8,874 bases of DNA from Amoeboradix gromovi X-113. Its lineage: Eukaryota > Fungi > Sanchytriomycota. Under the pieces are notes generated by a model. It saw only the letters and a list, made by a program, of their open reading frames with translations, ran no database searches and was not told the DNA's origin. A program made the translations under genes and the position numbers. The DNA lies in contig JADGIF010000421.1 in NCBI GenBank assembly GCA_018985225.1, positions 1 to 8,874 on the forward strand. Direction: 5' to 3'. This document shows, piece by piece, positions 1 to 7,016 of this stretch. Each line of letters begins with the position of its first letter. Positions within the stretch are counted from its first letter, which is position 1.

Positions 1-662
1 TGATATTTTATTTGATATAAAGATTGGATGAAAGAGTACGAGAATAGTTGTACAGAATATTTATTTTCCTTTTACACTTGTCAACTCCGCAACTAGCTGA
101 ATGTCCACTCGCCTCTTAAATCCATAAATTAATAAAGCTGAAATAATGTTCCAAGTTGTTACTGAAAGTTAGTCCAGTTTTTATATTTGATGTCCCTTAT
201 GTATATACCCTTGTTCAATTCCATCTTAAGATAATGAGCCTGAGCAGCCAATGTAACGAAGTTATTGGCTCTGTGAATTTCTTTTTGGAAACTGTAGATT
301 CTCTCGTAAATCAGGACTTTTTCAACGAAGAGGTGGTACCTTTATGCAAAAATGGTACACTAGAGCCTTACGCTGCATCAAATCTACTGACCCGTTTTCA
401 AAATAAACTGTTTTTTCTTTTTTTAGAAAGATACTATCTTTGCTTATTCCTCAGTGCAGAACATACAAGTAGTGCTTCAGCCATCATTGCAAACTAGGCA
501 AGCATAATTCTATTCAGCGGTCTTATAAAGTTAAGGTTAAGCCAGCATGTCCACTGTGATGCAGTCGTGGATCGAGATTTGACTGCCTGTTACAGCAATG
601 AACAAATTATAGCATATTTATTGAATAATGCTGAAAGATCTGACATGAAAAAAGGAATTTGA
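1..662 (+). pseudogene. Decayed Fanzor1-like (TnpB-family) nuclease, C-terminal RuvC/zinc-finger half; probably continues off the left edge
   Basis: Stitching across frameshifts and stops gives EYLFSFYTCQLRN (55-93) ... TRFQNKLFFLFLERYYLCLFLSAEHTS (to 470) / CFSHHCKLGKHNSIQRSYKVKVKPACP (473-553) / CDAVVDRDLTACYSNEQIIAYLLNNAERS (from 555; DRD at 570-578), then TGA at 660-662. This follows the Fanzor1 order FY..R, E-x-x-TS-x-x-C, CxxC, RD-x-x-A-x-x-N and terminal RP. Confidence 0.6.
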
Positions 663-772
663 AGCAAATAATTGTTGTCTAGAGCATATATGATAAAATA
701 TGGGAGATTTTTGCTAGTATAGTTTACTTTTTCGAGACACTTGTTTCAAAAAGATTGTCTGGTTTGTAGTAC

Positions 773-1714
773 ATGTCTAAAAATTGGGATTGCTATGATG
801 TTGAAGCGGAAATAAAAAAGATAGATCAATTTTCTTATAATGAGTATCACTCTTCAAAGAAAAAAGTAAGTAAGAATAACCAGTTAGCTCAACTTTACAG
901 TGACAAGGGTAAAATATTTTTCAAAAAAGGAGAATATGGAAATGCAATTAAACAATACAACCTAGCTGCAGATAACGCATCAGATAAAACTCTGTTAAAA
1001 AATGCTTATAACAACGCAGGGTTATGCAATTATAAACTAGGGAATTACTCTGATGCAATCCCTTATTTTGAAAGAGTGATTGAAAAAGAAGAAAATACGA
1101 AAGCTTACTTCAGAATGGCAAACTGCTACTCTAAGTTGAACAGAGAAAGTGAAGCAATATCTATCTTAGCTGCAATTAAAGGGAAAGACAACGAGATTGA
1201 CAAGCTGCTAGAAAAGCTGCAAAAAGAGATTACTATTCCAAAAACCAGTAACTCTAATCCAAGCTCTCAGTGGGTAGATGTGCCAATTGATATTGTTTCC
1301 GACAGCCCCTCTGATACTGAAGAATACAGATATCCCCAGCCAGTTAATTCAAATAACGTCATCCAAGAAATTGATACGAAACCGTCCCAGAAGATCCTAG
1401 ACTTTCAGCCTGTCGTTCTTAGTGCCGCTGAACTTCCTTTAGCCAAGACAGTTGCATCTTTGGAATCCAGTTTAAGTACTTTGTCATACGATCAAAAAGT
1501 TGAGTATTTGAGCAGATATAAGCCTGAACAGTACAAATATCTCTTTAAGCAAGGCATAGAAGCATCTCATATCGAACTACTGATAAAATGCATTGAACCC
1601 AAGGATAATGCGAATATATATTGGAACGAAATTAAATCACTTAACAGATTTAAAATGGTGTATATGTTCGTGGGGGAAGAGTATAAGGCAATAGCCTCAA
1701 ATTTAAAAAAATAA
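773..1714 (+). CDS. RPAP3/SPAG1-like TPR co-chaperone (R2TP-type): about 3 TPR repeats plus a C-terminal RPAP3_C domain, 313 aa
   Basis: N-terminal WDCYDVEAEIKKID resembles the RPAP3/SPAG1 W-x-x-x-DV motif. TPR repeats: KGKIFFKKGEYGNAIKQY, YNNAGLCNYKLGNYSDAIPYFERVI, KAYFRMANCYSKL. C-terminal EYLSRYKPEQYKYLFKQGIE...LNRFKMVYMF fits the RPAP3_C pattern. Confidence 0.8.
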   Translation: MSKNWDCYDVEAEIKKIDQFSYNEYHSSKKKVSKNNQLAQLYSDKGKIFFKKGEYGNAIKQYNLAADNASDKTLLKNAYNNAGLCNYKLGNYSDAIPYFERVIEKEENTKAYFRMANCYSKLNRESEAISILAAIKGKDNEIDKLLEKLQKEITIPKTSNSNPSSQWVDVPIDIVSDSPSDTEEYRYPQPVNSNNVIQEIDTKPSQKILDFQPVVLSAAELPLAKTVASLESSLSTLSYDQKVEYLSRYKPEQYKYLFKQGIEASHIELLIKCIEPKDNANIYWNEIKSLNRFKMVYMFVGEEYKAIASNLKK

Positions 1715-1755
1715 ATTATCTCTTATTATACCTTCAAATAGAACGTCGGAAACAT

Positions 1756-2853
1756 ATGATGCTGGATGAAAATATTGGTTTACTCATCTCATATTTTGTG
1801 TTCGTTATGATAAACTACCAATCTCTTCAGTTGGACTTTGGAATAATAAACTTGAGTCCTAGGAAATTAAGAAACTCAAGTTTAAATCTAAAAATGGAGA
1901 ATATTCAGACTTACCATCCCGGATGTCAGCATGTGTTTAACCCAAGCTTCTTAAAAAACTTGATGATGTACAGGTGCTTTGAAGGTGAGCAAACCATCAA
2001 CGAAGGCATATATCACAATCATAGGATTCAGTTTAATATTAACAAGGACAAGGAAGTGCCCGCTGTATTGAGCAAGATTGAGGAACTGAAGTCTATAGAT
2101 ATGTCATACCAGGCACCTATTGAGGCCATCGAGAAGAGAAGAGGGACTGGAGCAGGCTGGTCTTGGATCGGAGTTGAGGATGCTCGGTTTTTTGTCAACA
2201 AAGGCGTTGAATATGTTGTTTTTACTGCACCATCCTCAAAAGTGCAAGTTCAGGTTATGCGAGGAATGTTTATTATGAAGTTAGATGATGCTTTGACTGG
2301 AGTATACTCTGCGAAAGAAATTGACAATAAAATTGGTTTTAAAAGAAAAACTGAAAAGCATTGGGCATTCATTGGGAACAAAGACGGTACTATAAATGTA
2401 ATATATCAACTGGAACCATTTACCTTGGGATACCTTGACGCCAACTATGTTTTAATTCCTTCTTTTATGCAGGACTTTGCATGTTTGGAAAGTAAAGGCG
2501 ACTCATCCATAAATATTGCCACCAACGTTATACTCGTACATCACAAATCTGATTTTCTTTTTTTAATATACCATGCTAAAGATGGTTCGTATAATCCTCA
2601 CTTTTTAGTTTTGGAACCCTCTTACCCGTATGCACCTATTATGATATCTTCCAAGCCGTTGAAAATATCTACAACTAAAAATGAAAATTTTGTATACATT
2701 TCCTCGCTATCGACTGAAAGAGGTACCTTAGAAGCCAATATAGATGACATTATAGTCGTTGGTGCTGGCACAAGCGATAGAGGTACTGCGTTTGCTAAGC
2801 TGACTGTGAAAGACTTGTTCGGAATAGGCTATACAATGTGCAATGACGTTTAA
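1756..2853 (+). CDS. Type II membrane five-bladed beta-propeller glycosyltransferase/glycosidase-like protein (GT91 beta-1,2-mannosyltransferase / GH130-like), 365 aa
   Basis: N-terminal hydrophobic anchor IGLLISYFVFVMI. Motifs FNPSFL, GVEDARFF (G-x-EDPR-like), EKHWAF (EKNW-like), IYQLEPF, PYAPIMISSKP and DDIIVVGAGTSD. The CDS is secure; the family call is by motif only. Confidence 0.6.
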   Translation: MMLDENIGLLISYFVFVMINYQSLQLDFGIINLSPRKLRNSSLNLKMENIQTYHPGCQHVFNPSFLKNLMMYRCFEGEQTINEGIYHNHRIQFNINKDKEVPAVLSKIEELKSIDMSYQAPIEAIEKRRGTGAGWSWIGVEDARFFVNKGVEYVVFTAPSSKVQVQVMRGMFIMKLDDALTGVYSAKEIDNKIGFKRKTEKHWAFIGNKDGTINVIYQLEPFTLGYLDANYVLIPSFMQDFACLESKGDSSINIATNVILVHHKSDFLFLIYHAKDGSYNPHFLVLEPSYPYAPIMISSKPLKISTTKNENFVYISSLSTERGTLEANIDDIIVVGAGTSDRGTAFAKLTVKDLFGIGYTMCNDV

Positions 2854-2867
2854 TAAATATAATATAT

Positions 2868-4821
2868 TTATTTTTCTACTGCTTCTAAGCTGGTGTACAT
2901 TTCATCAATAACGGCTTCGTACTTTTTCTTTGCCAAGTGTCGCTTCATCTTAAAAGTTGGAGTTAACAAATCATTGTCTACAGAAAACATTTCATTTTCC
3001 AAAGAAATTGCACGAACACACTCAAATCCTTTCAGATCTGAGCTACGGGCAAAAGAGTTAATCTCCTTGAAGAAGGCTTTAATAACAGTATCATTTGACA
3101 GTTGCTCTTTGTATTCGCCAGGAAACTTGTTTTCTTTAGCCCATTTCACAAACACCTCCTTGTCCGGAACTACTATAGCAACTAACGTCGGTTTTATTGA
3201 ATCCCCATAACAGAACATTTGTGCTACTAACTCGTGCTTTATATAAACACCTTCTATTTTCTCCGGTGCCACATACTCACTAAATTAATAAAGTGTACCC
3301 TTGCGCCAATTTGAAGATATTTTTAGCCCTATCGATAATTCTTAACCTACCCAAATCGTCCCAAAGCCCCACGTCACCTGTATGTACCCAGCCTTCACTG
3401 TCAATAGTTTCGCTTGTCTTTTGAGGTGCTTTGTAGTATTCCACAAACGCGTTGCTTCCGCGATAACAGATTTCACCTCGAGGATTAGGCTTGTCTTTAC
3501 TAGTGTACTGCATCTCGGGTAGATCCATCAGCTTAATCTCTACGCAAGGAATAGGACCTCCTATATGTCCACTAGTAGTGTCACCCCAATGAGTAACAGC
3601 TACACCTGCAGTAGATTCAGTTTGCCCAAATCCTTCAAGTGCCTCGCAGCAAAATACAATGCGAAGAAAGTCCATTACGTCTGCAGTAATGGGAGCTGAG
3701 CCAGAAAACATCATTTGGCATCTACCAAATCCCAATCGCTCTTTCACACCTCCAAACACTAACTTATCCCAGAGCCAGTGAGTAACTTTTCCTTCGCCTA
3801 GACCCATTTTCTTTTGAGAGAACGCTAGCTTAAATAAGAATTTAGCTATTGCCGACTTCTCGTTAACGCCTTGCCACACTTTGTCATATATTCTATTAAA
3901 TAGCCTAGGCACTGATACGAATATAGTTGGTTTAATTATCTTCACATCATCTAAGATCTTTAGAGGGTCTCCACGATAAAAAGCAACCTGGGAGCCAGAA
4001 TCCAACAAATATGCTTGTAAAACTCGTTCAAATACATGCGCTAGTGGCAGATATGACAAATGGACATCATTTTTTGATAACTTGTAAAAAGTACCATTTT
4101 TGCCCATAAACTCCAAACAAGCCGCGATACTTAAAACATTTTTGTGAGTTAATACTACACCTTTAGGCATACCTGATGTACCCGAGGTGTAACAAATGGT
4201 AAAAATATCAGCATTGGTTGATTTGCCACTCTCATCTGTATTGTTGTCACTTCCGATTTTCAAAAATTCTTCCCAAGATAGTAATCGTAATCCAACACTT
4301 TGGGCCGCACTCTTCAAAGAATCTTCAGCATCATCCATAGATACAATTATCTCTAAAGGTTTAAGAACACCTTCTTTTTTAGCATCAATTATGCCCTGAA
4401 TTCTATTTCTGCTCAAAACACAGAGAGACATTTCAGTTTCATTAATTATGTGGACTATGGCTTCCTTGCCAAGAGTATCGTACAGTGGAACTGTAATCAA
4501 GTTGTTTCTAAAGCATCCTAATTCGGTTATGGTCCACTCCTTGCGGTTTAAAGAGTAAATACCTATATTTGCCTTCTTCCCGGTTAGGTGCAATAGAGCC
4601 GATCCTACCTTAGCGACTATCTCCCTGACCTGTGAGTATTTAAGCCATTGATACTGCTCCGTTTTTAAATCGAGAGTTCCCAAGTAGTTGCCGTCTTCGG
4701 TGATCTCCAACGCTTTCAAAAATAAATCGTAATATCCATGTTCAGAATTTTCTATCAATTTGTCCTTGGATAAAGGCGATCTCATTACTCCATTTCCAAC
4801 ATCAACAGTATATTTGCTCAT
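2868..4821 (-). CDS. ACSL: Long-chain fatty acyl-CoA synthetase (ACSL1/5/6, FAA2/LACS6-type); complement(join(2868..3279,3299..4821)), 644 aa
   Basis: AMP-binding motif ICYTSGTSGMPKG, YLPLAHVFER, EGFGQTE and GWVHTGDVG. Removing a 19-nt intron restores the conserved IIDRAKNIFKLAQGEYVAPEKIE. Confidence 0.95.
3280..3298 (-). other. 19-nt spliceosomal intron GTACACTTTATTAATTTAG (phase 2)
   Basis: GT-AG boundaries. Excision joins CAA GG|T GAG TAT GTG = Q-G-E-Y-V within a near-invariant ACSL motif and joins two out-of-frame ORFs. Confidence 0.93.
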
Positions 4822-4850
4822 ACTTCAAGGAGGTAAGGATACAAAAAAAC

Positions 4851-4907
4851 AAGCACGTGCTTGGGGAAGTTGCGTTTGTCATGTGACGGACTCCTGCGCA
4901 CATGTGC
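4851..4907. promoter_or_regulatory. Cluster of three E-box-type elements immediately upstream of the acyl-CoA synthetase
   Basis: AAGCACGTGCTT (4851-4862, perfect palindrome), GTCATGTGAC (4878-4887) and GCACATGTGC (4898-4907, perfect palindrome), all within a 130-bp intergenic region. Confidence 0.5.
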
Positions 4908-4951
4908 TTGAAATAAGGCTGCAAAGCAAACTGTTATTCAATTTATTAAAT

Positions 4952-6086
4952 TTAAATCTTTACCGATTTCATCATCTCATTAATAACATTTAATTCACAG
5001 TTCCAAATAGCCAGCTTACCATCAAATCCAGAAGTGGATATCTTGTTGACATAACCATCTAAATTAGTAAGGAATACTAGAGCTGGAATAGTTACGCAAG
5101 CAAGTGATCGTGTTTTGATGGACATTGTCGTTATCCTTCTTCGTTTCGTTCTGCCCATATGTATCCATCTGTCTAAAACGATTAGCAGCTACATTTCCAG
5201 TAACAGCAGCTGAAATTACCTTTTTTCCTTCCAATTTATCAACAATAATCCATTCGCTCTCTTTTTTAGCAAACAAAAATGGAACTGAATCCTGACCAGC
5301 AGCAACTATGTGATCATTGCTTAACCATGTCAAGCATAAAAAAGGAAGGTATTTTGTTTTAACGACATTCTGCTTGTTTTCTGCAGGGTAATAAACATTG
5401 ATAGTTGAGTCATGACCAGCAAAAGCAATTGCGTTACCGTCAGGGCTGAATGCACAATCATGAACCCAACCATAGCAAGGAGTGTGCACTTCAGCACAAA
5501 CAGTGTTAAACGGTAGCTTGTCACCCCATGGACTGGATGGAGGCTTAGAATCTAAACCTTTGATGTATGCAGAGAATACACGGGCAGTTCGATCGGTGCA
5601 TCCAGCCACTAGTAGAACGTTGTTAGGGTGCCAATCCAGCGAGGTAACAGTGCTTCGAATTGGTTTCTTTAAATGCTTACTGACGTACCAATCATTCTCT
5701 ACTTCAAAATAGCAGATAGAGATACAGCGAGCACCAGAAGCTACTGCAAATTTGTCTTCATTTGGACTCCATCTAACATAAGTGGCAGCACGATTGATCC
5801 TGAGCAACACTAAAGTTGGTTTCCATTCATTGTTACCTGTGGGAACCCATACGTAAGCATTGCGATCTTGAGAACAAGTAATAAGCTTATCAGATTTAGG
5901 TGCCCAGTCTATTGAAGTCACCAATTTATCATGCTGAGTTAAGGTCGAAACTAGAGCCCATTTATCATCTTTTTTTACATAAATCTCAACATCAGTAGTA
6001 TCAGGACACACCGCTACTTTAGTTCTGTCGGCATTAAATGAGTGAGCTGTTACAGGTGAGTTACAAATCTGAAATACACTTTCCAT
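4952..6086 (-). CDS. ARPC1: Arp2/3 complex subunit 1 (p41/Arc40), WD40 protein; complement(join(4952..5058,5078..6086)), 371 aa
   Basis: HSFNADRTKVAVCP, TCSQDRNAYVW, WKPTLVLLRINRAAT, KFAVASGAR, WYVSKHLKKPIRSTV and HQNTIT. Splicing restores the C-terminal ISTSGFDGKLAIW. First ATG is at 6086; the ORF track began at a TTG. Confidence 0.96.
5059..5077 (-). other. 19-nt spliceosomal intron GTATTCCTTACTAATTTAG (phase 1)
   Basis: GT-AG boundaries with a TACTAAT branch-like motif abutting the 3' splice site. It contains the in-frame stop; excision gives LRNYSSSNGYVNKISTSGFDG. Confidence 0.93.
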
Positions 6087-6269
6087 GAGGATTCTGGACA
6101 ATCTACTCTTGTATCAAGGAGTGACAAAAATAGCGATTATAATGCAAGTAAATATTTATGTTCGCTACATGGACTTCATCTCTTTAATAGGCATCCTCAG
6201 TAATTTTTTACTGAGTTAAAAGAGCCTTCTCAGTTTTTCATTTTTATGGCTAGTTGCTCAGAGTCATGG

Positions 6270-6410
6270 GAACTGGAATATGCAATATGAAGGCATATCC
6301 AAGTGAGATACAATAAAGCATTTTCTGCTCATACGTATATAAGGTGTGGTACTCTAAAGAAAACTTATTTGGAGACGTAAACGTGTACAAGCATCATTTG
6401 GAATCAGACA
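6270..6410 (+). pseudogene. Short Fanzor2/TnpB-like relic (copy A), zinc-finger region
   Basis: RYNKAFSAHTYIRCGTLKKTYLET*TCT / HHLESD. Positions 6333-6389 match 6735-6791 (copy B) at 45 of 57 nt without gaps. Confidence 0.75.
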
Positions 6411-6599
6411 GCTCGATTGTTTTCTTGAATAACTCATTTATCGCGAATTTTTATGCATTTTTGTATAATTTCAAGACTTTTCCAGATTTTTCCTACAGCG
6501 TAAATACTCGATGTTCTTCCTTTTCACTAATGATAAATCAAATCTAAAGAAATAAGTAATAGGTAGAGCATAAATTGATCAACGTTGAGGAACTGGTCC

Positions 6600-6855
6600 A
6601 AGCATGGAACAACTAGGTGACTTTCAATGCCTAGACAGTGATATCTGTACAATTTATTCAAGGAATGCTTGAAGTTTAAGTGTAAACAAAGAGGAAAAAC
6701 GATAATCGAATGTAATGAATCATTTACTAGTCGGACATATACAAGGTGTGGCACTCCAAAGAAAACCAACTTAGAAACCTGAACCTGTACAAAGTGTCAT
6801 TTGAAGATAGATAGAGACCATATGGCAGCAAAGAACATATACATCAAATATATGT
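6600..6855 (+). pseudogene. Fanzor2/TnpB-like relic (copy B): RuvC-II, zinc finger and RuvC-III
   Basis: LFKECLKFKCKQRGKTIIECNESFTSRTYTRCGTPKKTNLET*TCTKCHLKIDRDHMAAKNIYIK. E-x-x-TS Glu at 6717-6719, internal TGA at 6780-6782, DRD at 6810-6818. This is the typical TnpB/Fanzor C-terminus. The 5' boundary is uncertain and may reach ~6430. Confidence 0.88.
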
Positions 6856-6975
6856 ACCCTTATTCAACTTCGCCTCGGGGTAGTAAAAGTGTTTGCAATT
6901 AGCTTAACAGTTTCTCAGATCCTACACGTAAGTTTCTTGATTTTTTGGAAATTAGGACCTTAAATCAAGAGAAAT
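6845..6975 (+). ncRNA. Candidate omegaRNA scaffold / element right-end relic of copy B
   Basis: Lies directly 3' of RuvC-III and is alignable by eye to 8535-8660. Stem TCTTGATTT (6935-6943) / AAATCAAGA (6962-6970) flanks an inner GG-AAA hairpin. Confidence 0.45.
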
Positions 6976-7016
6976 AAAACTTAAAGCCAAAAGAAAACAT
7001 TTATAGTAGTATATCA

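Noticed and set aside
410-426. 17-nt GTTTTTTCTTTTTTTAG as an intron rescuing ORF 156-497
   Set aside because: No GTA start or branch A, and excision leads to an early stop. The region is better explained as a TE relic.
3272-3300. Programmed frameshift, pseudogenisation or split genes as the explanation for the broken ACSL, ARPC1 and RNF121 ORFs
   Set aside because: Each break contains exactly 19 extra nt bounded by GT-AG, and removing them restores the conserved motif. Introns are the simpler explanation.
4823-4842. Possible 5' UTR intron GTATCCTTACCTCCTTGAAG just upstream of the ACSL ATG (minus strand)
   Set aside because: It is 20 nt, lacks the A at -6 and the TAG end, and has no coding constraint to support it.
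2893-5712. Short overlapping ORFs 2893-3210, 4196-4399, 4760-4993, 5330-5524 and 5482-5712
   Set aside because: Antisense or alternate-frame shadows of ACSL and ARPC1 with no recognisable motifs.
6196-6215. 8-bp hairpin CTCAGTAA-TTTT-TTACTGAG (and TTTCGCAT-N6-ATGCGAAA at 8832-8853)
   Set aside because: Short stems compatible with chance in AT-rich DNA. They are not shared between relic copies, so they cannot be supported as element ends or terminators.
6344-6769. ORFs 6344-6547 (+) and 6527-6769 (-) as real genes
   Set aside because: Non-ATG starts; they overlap or are antisense to the Fanzor relics and have no independent protein signature.
6378-6782. Stop-codon reassignment (TGA=Trp or TAA/TAG=Gln) suggested by in-frame stops in the Fanzor-like frames
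   Set aside because: All five host genes end in TAA and have no internal stops after splicing. The relics also carry frameshifts and lost Cys residues, so they are decayed.
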